64,000 nucleotides of DNA from a virus. Taxonomy: Duplodnaviria > Caudoviricetes. Below are positions 10,416 to 20,281 of this stretch, one piece after another (position 1 is the stretch's first letter; each line of letters begins with the position of its first letter). Made by a program: the position numbers and the translations under genes. Under the pieces are notes generated by a model, which had not been told where the DNA came from, did not search any database, and worked only from the letters and a program-made list of their open reading frames with translations. The DNA lies in IMG/VR virus record IMGVR_UViG_3300029288_007102, positions 96,001-160,000 of that record, one strand, 5' to 3'.

Positions 10416-10496
10416 CTTGAAGTGGTGGAATTGGCAGACATAGGGACTCTAGTCCCGGGCGGAAACGCCGTGTTGGTTCAAACCCAACCTTCAAGA
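10416..10496 (+). tRNA. Class II (Leu-like) tRNA or pseudo-tRNA with shortened anticodon loop
   Basis: Acceptor CTTGAAG/CTTCAAG, D region GTGGAATTGGCAGAC, arm GGGAC-TCTA-GTCCC, long variable arm GGCG-GAAA-CGCC, T arm GTTGG-TTCAAAC-CCAAC; no CCA. Confidence 0.75.
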
Positions 10497-10517
10497 TTTT
10501 TAAAAGAGAGGGATTCA

Positions 10518-11354
10518 ATGTTAAAGAAAGAGCTCCAGGTTTCTGTGCCAGTGGTAAAATGTATTAATAATTGTAAGTTCTGTGTGGCCAAAATGCATTC
10601 TAACCCTTACGAATCTAGATGGGGTTTGAATGTGGATGACTGGTTCGGTAAGGATTATAAGCGGAGAATGTCTTTTGCTAGAGATATTGGGTGTAATGTT
10701 TTGGTTCTTACTGGCATAGGGGAACCACTACAGAATCGGGGGTTCTTAACAATTATTATGGAAATCAACGACCTCCTCCATTCACCTTTTTCGTGGGTTG
10801 AGCTTCAGACTACGGGAGTCTTGCTAAACAGGGAGATGTTATATTGGCTCAGAAAAATTAACGTTTCTGTTATAAGACTCTCTATATCAGATTTGTTTGA
10901 TGAGGGCAGAAATCAAGAAATTGTAGGAATCCCGAAGAAACTACGATTTGATAAAATTGAGTCTTTATGTTATGCGATAAAAGAGCAAGGCTTTAATCTC
11001 CAGCTTGATTTAAATTTAACTTATACTTTCGATTCTTATTCTGTTAAACAGATATTAGCTAAATGTAAAGAGCTTGGGGCAGACACTGTTCTGTTTAGGG
11101 AGTTGTACTCGGATTCCGGTAAGAACCATACTAAACAAGGAATATGGGTAGCTAAAAATAGTATAGATAATGATACTTTGTCGGCTATTGATACGTTTAT
11201 TTTTGAAAGCAAAAGAGCGGGAATAAATAGTGATATCCGATTTGATCAAAATTGTATGGAACCGGAAGAGGAAGGCAAACTTAAACGACTAATTCTCCAG
11301 GTAGATGGTAGATTATATAAGAGGTGGGAAGATCCAAAATCATTAATCTTTTAG
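10518..11354 (+). CDS. Radical SAM protein
   Basis: CINNCKFC CxxxCxxC motif, TGIGEP, ELQTTG; true start ATG 10518 (the listed start lies inside the tRNA). Confidence 0.85.
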   Translation: MLKKELQVSVPVVKCINNCKFCVAKMHSNPYESRWGLNVDDWFGKDYKRRMSFARDIGCNVLVLTGIGEPLQNRGFLTIIMEINDLLHSPFSWVELQTTGVLLNREMLYWLRKINVSVIRLSISDLFDEGRNQEIVGIPKKLRFDKIESLCYAIKEQGFNLQLDLNLTYTFDSYSVKQILAKCKELGADTVLFRELYSDSGKNHTKQGIWVAKNSIDNDTLSAIDTFIFESKRAGINSDIRFDQNCMEPEEEGKLKRLILQVDGRLYKRWEDPKSLIF

Positions 11355-11848
11355 GGGATAGTATGCAAAAGATGAACGGGAAGTTAATACATAAAACGGA
11401 ACTTATTGCGGAGATAATAACTAAGGTACTCTGTAACAAAAAGTGTTCAGAATGCGATTTAACTGGAATGACAGTTGATTATTTTCATCGTTGCAAATGG
11501 AGGATCCCAATCCGCAAGGCGGCTTCCGCTGTCTGGCGGTCTTTGAGAGTAGATCAACCTAGAGTTAAGAAGCTACTGATTGCAGCCAGAAAAAGGGTTC
11601 CTGCTGATTATAGAAAATATCCAGATAGGGTTGTTAGAGCTATAGCTTGTGATATGCCTATATTAATAAAGGAAAAGAAAAATGAGAACAAACAGGCCAA
11701 GCTGTAAATATTATAAGGTGTGTGGATCTGTTGATAATTGTCCGGGATGTATTGGGTATCAAAAGAAAAGGGTGCCCGTTATAGATCAGGTAGAAGAAAT
11801 TGAGGAAGCGGTAAGGCAGAGAAATCTTAGGAAGAAAAGGTAGGTTTA

Positions 11849-13192
11849 ATGAAAATCGAGATAAATGAGCAATTCAAGAAAGCTTTAGATCTAATGGAAA
11901 ATACAAATAAAAACATTTTTATTACGGGCGTGGCGGGTGTTGGTAAAAGTGTTCTTTTGTCTTATTTCCAGGCAATCACGAGCAAACGTTTGGCCGTCTT
12001 AGCCCCTACTGGGGTCGCCGCCCTCAACGTTAAAGGGGAGACGATCCACTCCTTCTTTTGTTTTAGACCTGGGATTACCAAAGAAAAAGTTTGGGAATTA
12101 AAGGTTAGTAATAAGAGAAGAATTTTATACCGTAACCTTCAAATGATAATTATTGATGAAGTTTCTATGGTACGGGCAGACTTGTTTGATTGTGTTGACG
12201 CATTTCTTAAAATTTATGGGCCAGCACCAGGGAAACCTTTTGGTGGGGTTCAAGCTGTTTTTATAGGAGATCTTCATCAGCTTCCCCCAGTAGTTACAGG
12301 CAAAGAAAATTTTATTTTTAAGAGATTCTATGATAGCCCTTATTTTTTCTCTGCCAAAAGTTTTAATAAGTTAAACGTAGAGCTTGTTGAGTTGACAAAA
12401 GTTTATAGGCAGAAAGACCCGGTTTTTATTGATCTATTAAACGCTATAAGGAACAATTGTCTTACGACAGATCAACTTATCTTGCTTAATACAAGAGTGG
12501 GAGCAGAGTTGCCAAGTGATAAGAGTGGTTATTCGGTTTATCTTACTACCACTAACAAAAAAGCTTCAAAGGTAAATGAAGAATCTTTGCGATCTATGGA
12601 GACAAAGATACACACTTTTAAGGCAAAGATTGCGGGGAACATAGATCGGTCTTTTTATCCTACTGACGAGGAACTTCAAATTGGTGCGGGTGCCCAGATA
12701 ATGCTACTAAATAATGATAGTCAAGATCGCTGGGTAAACGGTTCTATTGGAAGAGTTATTAAAATATATACTTTTGATGAGGATTGGACAGAAGCAAACA
12801 TAGATGTCCAATTAGACAATGGAAAGGTTGTTACTGTCGTTCCTCATTCTTGGGAAATTTTCTCTTATTTTTATAATAAAGAAAGGAATATTATTGATGC
12901 CGAAAGGATGGGGTCGTTTAGGCAGTTCCCTTTGAAACTGGCTTTTAGTTGTACTGTTCATAAGAGCCAAGGGAAAACATTCCCTTTGGTAAAATTAGAT
13001 TTAAGCCAAGGGATATTTGCACATGGACAGGCTTATGTGGCTCTAAGCCGTTGTGTGTCGCTAGAGGGATTGTCTTTAGAACAACCCTTTGATCAGAAGC
13101 ATATTTTAACTGATAGGGTTGTAGTTGAGTTTATGAAATGGTTGAGAGGGAAGGAAGAAGCAAATGTTCAGGAAATACGAAAAAACATTTAG
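11849..13192 (+). CDS. PIF1/RecD-like SF1B helicase
   Basis: GVAGVGKS Walker A, APTGVAA, IIDEVSM, GDLHQLPPV, TVHKSQG, YVALSR. Confidence 0.92.
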   Translation: MKIEINEQFKKALDLMENTNKNIFITGVAGVGKSVLLSYFQAITSKRLAVLAPTGVAALNVKGETIHSFFCFRPGITKEKVWELKVSNKRRILYRNLQMIIIDEVSMVRADLFDCVDAFLKIYGPAPGKPFGGVQAVFIGDLHQLPPVVTGKENFIFKRFYDSPYFFSAKSFNKLNVELVELTKVYRQKDPVFIDLLNAIRNNCLTTDQLILLNTRVGAELPSDKSGYSVYLTTTNKKASKVNEESLRSMETKIHTFKAKIAGNIDRSFYPTDEELQIGAGAQIMLLNNDSQDRWVNGSIGRVIKIYTFDEDWTEANIDVQLDNGKVVTVVPHSWEIFSYFYNKERNIIDAERMGSFRQFPLKLAFSCTVHKSQGKTFPLVKLDLSQGIFAHGQAYVALSRCVSLEGLSLEQPFDQKHILTDRVVVEFMKWLRGKEEANVQEIRKNI

Positions 13193-13826
13193 AATATTGG
13201 TTCCGCAGATAGATATTCACGGAAAATATTTTCTGTCTGATCAGGATACTAAGCGATTATTTGGCGGGAAGCTAATTATAACCGAGAAGTTGGATGGGGC
13301 CAATGTAGGTATTGTCCGGCATAAGGATACCTATCGGCTCCAAAAGCGGGGATCCCTGGTAGATCGTTCGGAACATGAGCAGTACAACTTCTTCCGGGAC
13401 TGGGCTTTTAGGAATGAAGATAAGCTGATGAGGCTGCCTAAGGGGACTGTCGCCTATGGGGAATTGATGCGGTGTATTCATACTATACATTATAATAGAC
13501 TGCCGGATTGGGTTTGCTTCTTTGACATCTGGTCCAATCAACATAATGAATATCTCCCTTGGGATGAAACTGTTGAGATATTTAAAGAGATCGGTCTTTA
13601 TACTGTTCCCTGGATAAACTCTTGTGAGGGCGTAAATAGGGGCAACATCTTCAACATGATCCCTAAAATCAGCCTATATGGGTCTGGAGATGCAGAAGGG
13701 GTAGTGGTTAAGAATTATCGCCAACAGCTCCGGGGCAAGGTTGTCCAGGAAAAGTTTGTGAAGGAAATGGAAGAGTCAGATCATTGGAGACAGCAACCTT
13801 TACGATTTAATTCTCTTCGGGGGTAA
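13164..13826 (+). CDS. ATP-dependent RNA ligase (Rnl2-like RNA_ligase family)
   Basis: TEKLDGAN motif I, YGE, FFDI, EGVVVK. Confidence 0.8.
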   Translation: MFRKYEKTFRILVPQIDIHGKYFLSDQDTKRLFGGKLIITEKLDGANVGIVRHKDTYRLQKRGSLVDRSEHEQYNFFRDWAFRNEDKLMRLPKGTVAYGELMRCIHTIHYNRLPDWVCFFDIWSNQHNEYLPWDETVEIFKEIGLYTVPWINSCEGVNRGNIFNMIPKISLYGSGDAEGVVVKNYRQQLRGKVVQEKFVKEMEESDHWRQQPLRFNSLRG

Positions 13827-15152
13827 AATTTGTGAGCCAGATATTGACAGGGCATATTGTTTTATCTGTAGTTGTTGGGATGTTTTTAGGTGTCTTGCCT
13901 ATTTTTAGGGAGAAATACGAGAAGGTATCGTGTAATCTTGGGATATTGACATCGTTAGTGCTAGCGTCGTGTGGGTATTGGATTGGGGCAGGGCTGTTTG
14001 TTATAGCTTTTTCTGTAATCAGAATGTCTATTGAAGGAGAAGAAATGAGTAATAACCCAGAGAAAGACAGGGAGAACATCATAAAGAACTGCTCCAAGTT
14101 GAAGTGGACAATGAAGACTGGGGAGAAGATTGTAGTTTCCAGCATGAAGGATAGCCATATTCAGAACTGCATTAGGATGTTAGAGAGGAATATTGTAACT
14201 AAATTGTTCACTGATATAGGAAATCCTTTTAACGAAGATACTGTAGCGTATGAAACTTTTCAATCAGCATCAGATGAAAACTTTGAGCGGTATGTTCTAC
14301 ACGCTACCCTTTGGATAGATATTTTTAATGCGGAATTAAAAAAGAGAGGATTGGAGGAAGTAAAATGAAAAAAAATAAATGGAAAAAGTCTGTACCTAAA
14401 GAAACAGGGTATTTTTGGTTTTGGGGATATTTATTTGACTCTTCTGCCATAAAAGAACTGGCAATAATTAAAGTCAGAAAAATCTCTAATGGTTATATAT
14501 ATATTTATGGAAGTCATGGAGTTAACCCTAAGGAGTTGACCGGGGTCTTTCTGAGAATAGAAGAGCCTAAAATTAACGCTAGAGGGGGAGTAGAATGACA
14601 ACTAAAACCTCTATTTATTGTAGTTCTTGCGGTGCCTTTATCGGGAACGCTGAAGATTTTTCTCATATGGTTATCCCGGCAGAAGGAATAAAGTGTCCTG
14701 ATTGTGGTACTGTTGTTATTGCTAGCAACGATCCTATATTTTAGGAGATGAAATAAAGGGGGAATAATGCCTAATTATATTGTTGTTACAGAGGAAACTG
14801 ATTGGACGTTGGCAAATAAAGTAAATGCTAAGATCAAAGAAGGGTATAAGCCAGTAGGTTCTGTTAATCATACCGTAAAGAATGATACTTTTCTTGGGAC
14901 TACTATGAACACTAAGGAATCCTGGTCCCAAGCAATGATGAAGGAGTAAACAAATGGGTAAGGTTTTGAGGAAAAAGGCAAAAAGAGATAAGAGAAAAGA
15001 TAGAGATTATGAAATTGTTAGTAAAGAAACTGGACTAACAGTTATAGAATTAAAAATGTTGCTTTTAAAAGGGGCAACTAGTGAAGAGATAATGATGGCT
15101 GCTTGTATTAAAAAGAATAGGTTAGGGACTATTAAAACATAAAGGAGAGAAA

Positions 15153-15452
15153 ATGTATACTTATAAACCGGATAGATGTAAGGTGCCAATAAATGTATAT
15201 GCATTAGAAGGTTCTATAGAACCTAGTGCATTGGAACAGATAGAGAACACTGCCAGCTTGCCTTTTGCTGAAGGTGTAGTCCTGATGCCGGATGGGCATT
15301 TTGGAAAGGGTGCTCCGATTGGCGGAGTCCTAGCTACCTCTGGAGTTGTAGTCGTCAATTTCGTAGGCGTGGATATTGGGTGTTCTGTTTCATCGTATAA
15401 GACAAATTTATTGGCAGAGAGTAAAACAAAATCCGATAGCCTTAAAGGTTAA
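15153..15452 (+). pseudogene. rtcB: Truncated RtcB RNA ligase (N-terminal ~85 aa only)
   Basis: LEQIENTASLP, MPDGHFGKGAPIGGV and VGVDIGC are RtcB hallmarks; ORF stops at 99 aa. Confidence 0.85.
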
Positions 15453-15571
15453 GTTAATGGATATCAAACATAACACACTTCGGGAACGGATGGATGCGTT
15501 AGAGCTGGGAATAAAAATTTATTTAACTAACAAATATAGGAAGGCCTTAAAAGCTTTGACAGGGGAAGAAA

Positions 15572-15967
15572 ATGCCTAAAATTATTCCTATAGAGCAGTT
15601 TGGGAAAGATCATTGGTCAACTTTTGCTTATATCGAATGTCAATGTGTAGACAATGGCGGGGTTGTTAATTCTTCACGGATGAGAACCGATGGGGATCGC
15701 CGTCCTTGGTTTGGTTCTAGCAATTCTGAGAAAAAATATCCTACCAGATTAAAAGGGTATTTTGAAAATTCTGACCTTGCGGTATCTGATCACGATGATT
15801 GGGATTGTGCAATAGACCTAGAGAAAGCAGGGCTTTTAAAGATTGAGGGGACAGGGTTAAGCCCAATCTTTAAGCTTACAGATAAAGGAAAGATTGTGGC
15901 AGCCAGACTTCGGTCTTTTAAGGCGGATGGTGGAAACTTTGCCCAATTTGAGGTGGGGAGCATATGA
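15572..15967 (+). CDS. Conserved hypothetical phage protein
   Basis: FGKDHWSTFAYIE...YPTRL...HDDWDC. Confidence 0.6.
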   Translation: MPKIIPIEQFGKDHWSTFAYIECQCVDNGGVVNSSRMRTDGDRRPWFGSSNSEKKYPTRLKGYFENSDLAVSDHDDWDCAIDLEKAGLLKIEGTGLSPIFKLTDKGKIVAARLRSFKADGGNFAQFEVGSI

Positions 15968-16941
15968 ATCAGAAAACTAAAAAGGCAATAAAGAAATCAA
16001 TTTCCCATTGGGAGAAAATGTTGAAGTGGGCAAGTAAGCAGGATGAGTCAGAAAAATGCAATCTGAATCTAATGGCGGATTCAATAAAGGAAATCTGGAC
16101 GGGAGAGGATTGTCCTTTATGTGATCTTTTTCATGATACTCTTCCGCCAGGGAAAATGGGTCCGCACGTATTTTTGAGTTCTTGCTCTGGATGTCCGTTA
16201 TATGAAAAATATGGTCACTGTGGTGGTTGGAACAAAAATGCCTGGATCTTAGTACATCAATCGGTCTTTTGGGGACAATGGTGTCGCCAGGCCAAGAAAA
16301 TGATTTTTCAGTTAGAGAGGCTATTAAAATGAAAGAGAAAAATTTTATCCCACATACTAGGCCACACGGACGTAGAGAACTTGAAGCAACTATTCGGGGG
16401 ATCAAAAAACAAATCCATTACTGGAAAAGTATTGGCCGGAAAGAATCTATAGATTTTTGGAGTTGGCAGATGATCCAGCGGCAAAGACAATTAAAAGAAA
16501 GGTTTGGTAAAAAGATATGAATGAGAAGGAAATCCCGCAAGCAGTGAAAGAATACCAATGCCCTGGATGTATAAATGGGGGCGACTGTTTTGTCCCAGCA
16601 CCATCAGGAATCGGATGCGGCAAACATTTTTCAGGGACAACTGGTTCTCATATTGGGAGGATCTTTTTAGGTTTACCAAAAGGGTTCAATAGAACCGATA
16701 TGCGTGGCGATACCAAAATTACTATCTTTGAATCCGCTAAACAACAGAATGAACAGTGGGCTTACGATCAATTTGATGTCCCGGTTTGGTATTATAAAAA
16801 GGAGGGGGTTACGTTGATTAGGGGGTTCCAGCCCAGACTCAATCTGTCTTTTATCCACATCATCCTTTCAGGGGATCCGGATGTCTCCCGGGCTTATGAG
16901 ATTACAGATGAATTCTTAAAAGAAATTGATTAGGGGGAGAG

Positions 16942-17571
16942 ATGAAAAAACGTACTTATTTGATCCAGAGATTGTGTTTCCCGGTAAAGCGTCCAGATGG
17001 AAAGTTAAATAAGTTAATGGAAGTCCTCTCCTTTGGTGGGGGTTTTATTCACGGAGGGCTTACAGAGGATGCTATGGGATTGCTCAGACCTATTTTTAAT
17101 TTTGATTATATGGGCTCAGCAGAGTTTGAATGGGGTGCTGTGCCTAAATCTCTTAACGAAATTGCTCATAACAACGAACAATATGTGCGGGGAGAAATCT
17201 TAATAAAAAGTAAAAATACCCCGATTTACTATATTTGCCGAAAGGAAGATGAGACTGATGTTCAAGATCTTATCCAACAGTTAGCGGCAGATCAATATAG
17301 GAATTTGAAAGAAAGATCTATGGTAAAGGAAGTTGTAGATGGAGACTCTTACGCTAAAGACCGTATAGGAGGTTGGTTGGAGATAGATAACCATTTCTTT
17401 TTCTTTACAGACAAGATAATGTTTGAGAAAGTGGCAGAGTTATTCCAAATCAAGGAAACAGACAAGATAATGTTTGAGAAAGTGGCAGAGTTATTCCAAA
17501 TCAAGGAAACAGACAAGATAATGTTTGAGAAAGTGGCAGAGTTATTCCAAATCAAGGAAGAGGTAAAATGA
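16942..17571 (+). CDS. Hypothetical phage protein with triplicated C-terminus
   Basis: FDYMGSAEFEWG motif; TDKIMFEKVAELFQIKE x3. Confidence 0.7.
   Translation: MKKRTYLIQRLCFPVKRPDGKLNKLMEVLSFGGGFIHGGLTEDAMGLLRPIFNFDYMGSAEFEWGAVPKSLNEIAHNNEQYVRGEILIKSKNTPIYYICRKEDETDVQDLIQQLAADQYRNLKERSMVKEVVDGDSYAKDRIGGWLEIDNHFFFFTDKIMFEKVAELFQIKETDKIMFEKVAELFQIKETDKIMFEKVAELFQIKEEVK
17407..17559 (+). repeat. Perfect 51-bp tandem repeat x3
   Basis: ACAGACAAGATAATGTTTGAGAAAGTGGCAGAGTTATTCCAAATCAAGGAA starting at 17407, 17458 and 17509. Confidence 0.95.
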
Positions 17572-18578
17572 AGGATAAAATATTAAAAGAAGTAGGGAAT
17601 ATAATTTCCCCGGTTTATCTGGTAGGGGGTTGTGTAAGAGATCATCTCTTAGGGTTGACCCCTAAGGATTGGGATCTCACTACGCCGCTTTTGCCGGAAG
17701 AGATAGAACACCGGATCCGGGAGGCGGGGCGTAGGCCATATCTTACTGGCAAGCGTTTTGGCACCATAGGGGTTAAAATAGATGGCCAACTGGTAGAGAT
17801 TACCACTTTCCGGTCTGAAACTTATATAAGTGGCTCCAGGAAGCCTCAGGTTCAATTTGTACAAGCTTTGGAGTCTGACCTAAGCCGCCGGGACTTTACT
17901 ATTAATTCTATGGCTATCGGCCAGGATGGCACTATTTATGACCCATTTAATGGAAAAAGGGATCTTGAATATAATATTCTCCGTTGTGTGGGGAAGGCGA
18001 ATGAGCGGCTTAAAGAAGACCCTTTAAGGCTCCTCAGGGCTGCCAGATTTATTTCTCAGTTGGGTTTTGTTATGGATGAAGATGATGAAGATATGTGTCT
18101 ACAGTTAAATTATAAAATCTTGGAAGTCAGTAAAGAAAGATGGGTAATGGAATTAGATAAGCTTCTGATGGGGGAATATGTAGATGAGGGGTTAAATTTT
18201 TTGGCTAGAACGGAGATTCTGCGATATATTCTACCTGAGTTATGGTTGCAGATAGGATATGACCAGAGAAATGAGCATCACACTCGGACTCTTTGGGACC
18301 ACACTGTAAAGGCAGTAGAATCCTGTGACAAGAGTATAGAACTTCGTTGGGCGGCTCTTTTGCATGATATTGCAAAGCCGATAATGGCAAAAGAGAAAAA
18401 AAATAGCCTTGGCCAGTGGAATTATCACAAGCACGATTTAGTTGGGGCGGAAATGGCCTTAAAGCTTGCTTATTATTTGAGGTGGTCTAATGACCGCCGG
18501 GAGACTGTTGTTTCCTTGATCAAGAACCATATGGATGAGGAAAGTCCATTGAAAAAGGCAGATAGGCTGGCAAAGTAA
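17568..18578 (+). CDS. cca: tRNA nucleotidyltransferase (CCA-adding/poly(A) polymerase family) with HD domain
   Basis: VGGCVRD, DWDLTT, EITTFR, DLSRRDFTINSMA, EDPLRLLRAARF, LLHDIAK. Confidence 0.92.
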   Translation: MKDKILKEVGNIISPVYLVGGCVRDHLLGLTPKDWDLTTPLLPEEIEHRIREAGRRPYLTGKRFGTIGVKIDGQLVEITTFRSETYISGSRKPQVQFVQALESDLSRRDFTINSMAIGQDGTIYDPFNGKRDLEYNILRCVGKANERLKEDPLRLLRAARFISQLGFVMDEDDEDMCLQLNYKILEVSKERWVMELDKLLMGEYVDEGLNFLARTEILRYILPELWLQIGYDQRNEHHTRTLWDHTVKAVESCDKSIELRWAALLHDIAKPIMAKEKKNSLGQWNYHKHDLVGAEMALKLAYYLRWSNDRRETVVSLIKNHMDEESPLKKADRLAK

Positions 18579-18768
18579 AGTACTTGTTGTGCGGACAGTG
18601 AGCCGATAAGGAATCATACGGTCTGCAGGCCGTGAGAATGGTGCGAGTCTACCAAGACTGCAAGTCAAACCTTGCCAACAGGTACTTTGAAAATAGGCGG
18701 ATGTATTATCATTGTTCATAACCAGGAATGTTTATGAGCAGGCTTTACGGCCTAGCATCCGCCTATTT
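18577..18768 (+). ncRNA. Two adjacent candidate structured RNAs
   Basis: Closing stems AAAGTACTTGTTG/CAACAGGTACTTT (18577-18688) and AAATAGGCGGATGT/GCATCCGCCTATTT (18691-18768) with internal hairpins. Confidence 0.55.
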
Positions 18769-19337
18769 ACTAATTAAGTATTAGGAGGTATGGTGAACAG
18801 AAAAATAAGAATATATTATTGGAAGTGTGAAGACTGCGGGCTAACTTTTCAACGGATTGCAAAAGGGGAACCTCGTGTTTGCCCGCAATGTAGGGGAAAA
18901 GGGGTAAAAACATTTAAAGGGGAAGAGGTTGTAATAGAGCCTATAAGAAAAAAATGTAAGCAGAAGGCTAATAAATTTTCTTAAACAGGAGGTAAAAAAT
19001 GGCCACAAGCTTTAGGTTAAAAGTGGGTGCCGGATATTGTTCGTTAAAGTCATATGATGAACAGGAAAAATTGATAAAGAAAGCATTAAAGCCTGACCCA
19101 AAAGAGATATTTAAAATTGTAAGGAGGCTTCGCCCTGATTTGAAAGTATGTGATGAATGTGGGGAGAAGCTTAGCTCCTTCGCCAAATACATAAAAGAAG
19201 GTCATACAGGTGCTGGTGGTGGCGGAGGCTGTCGGCAGATCAAAGAAGCGATCCAGAAAGCTAAAGTCATTTATCTTTTACAGGAAGCTCTCAAGGAAAA
19301 TGTTAATATTAATCTAGAGTTTATCAGTTGTTGAACG

Positions 19338-19520
19338 GGCTCTGGTGATGCTCTGCTGGAAGCATTCGGAAGTGTTTGGGCAAGTATAGCGGTTTTTCGC
19401 ACCGATAAGTTGTGGATAAAAGATAGGCCCACAAGAACGATTATACCTCTGCATAGCTACTCGGTGGGACTGTGCCAAACTACTGAAGTCCCAAAGTCAG
19501 TATAAATCTGACCCAGAGTC
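19338..19520 (+). ncRNA. tRNA-like RNA with large pseudoknotted insertion (copy 1)
   Basis: Acceptor GGCTCTGG/CCAGAGTC, D-like GATGCT-CTGCTGGA-AGCATT, T-like GTCAG-TATAAAT-CTGAC; same architecture as 53881-54014. Confidence 0.65.
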
Positions 19521-19540
19521 TTAATTTAAGGAGAAGAATA

Positions 19541-20281
19541 ATGAAATTGAACATGAACAAAGAAATTAAATCACCTTTAGTTGTTGGCTATAAAGGAGAG
19601 ATCGGGTCCTTTATATTACAAGGCTTATTAAAGGTAATACCAAAAGCTTTGAATATATGGTGCTATGATGTGTATGAGGCAAGATCGGAAGTGTTAAACC
19701 GGATTAGAAAGGCTGATGTTATTTTTCTCTGTATACCTATGGAAGAGACAATTACTTGGTTTGAGAAAAATAAAGGTCTGTTAAGAGGGAAAGTTTTAAT
19801 AGAACAATGTTCTCTTAAAACAAAAATATGTTCACACATAAAGAAACAAGAAAAGGAATGGGGCTTTACTTTACTTTCTATGCATATCCTCTTCCGCCCT
19901 TCGGCTACCCCGAATATAGAGGATCGGCGTGTAGCTTTAATTGACGCTAAATCTTGGCCTAATAGTTATAGGGCGTGTATACTGGCAACGACAAATTCTT
20001 CCCCCATTTTATTTTTGACCTGTTTGGAGCATGATATTGTTATGGCTTATCAGCAGGCTTTAGTACATCGTGTGATATTAGTGTTAGATAGATTATCGAG
20101 TGATCTACCAGGGAAAACCTATATTAGTGGCAAGATCTGTGAATTAGCAAAAAGGATAAGATCCGGGGATCCCACTTTGTATTCCTTAATCCAAGAGAAC
20201 GAATCTCTTCCTTTTGCTTTATCAAGGTTTACTGATGAGTTTAGAAATTTTGACATTAAGAAAGAGATGGAGAAAAAGTGA
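19541..20281 (+). CDS. Prephenate dehydrogenase (TyrA)-like protein
   Basis: Rossmann VVGYKGEIG, ADVIFLCIP, EQCSLK, SMHILF, EHD.VMAYQQALVH. Confidence 0.7.
   Translation: MKLNMNKEIKSPLVVGYKGEIGSFILQGLLKVIPKALNIWCYDVYEARSEVLNRIRKADVIFLCIPMEETITWFEKNKGLLRGKVLIEQCSLKTKICSHIKKQEKEWGFTLLSMHILFRPSATPNIEDRRVALIDAKSWPNSYRACILATTNSSPILFLTCLEHDIVMAYQQALVHRVILVLDRLSSDLPGKTYISGKICELAKRIRSGDPTLYSLIQENESLPFALSRFTDEFRNFDIKKEMEKK

Noticed and set aside
10422-10517. N-terminal extension of the radical SAM ORF
   Set aside because: It overlaps the tRNA-like gene; ATG 10518 has an SD.
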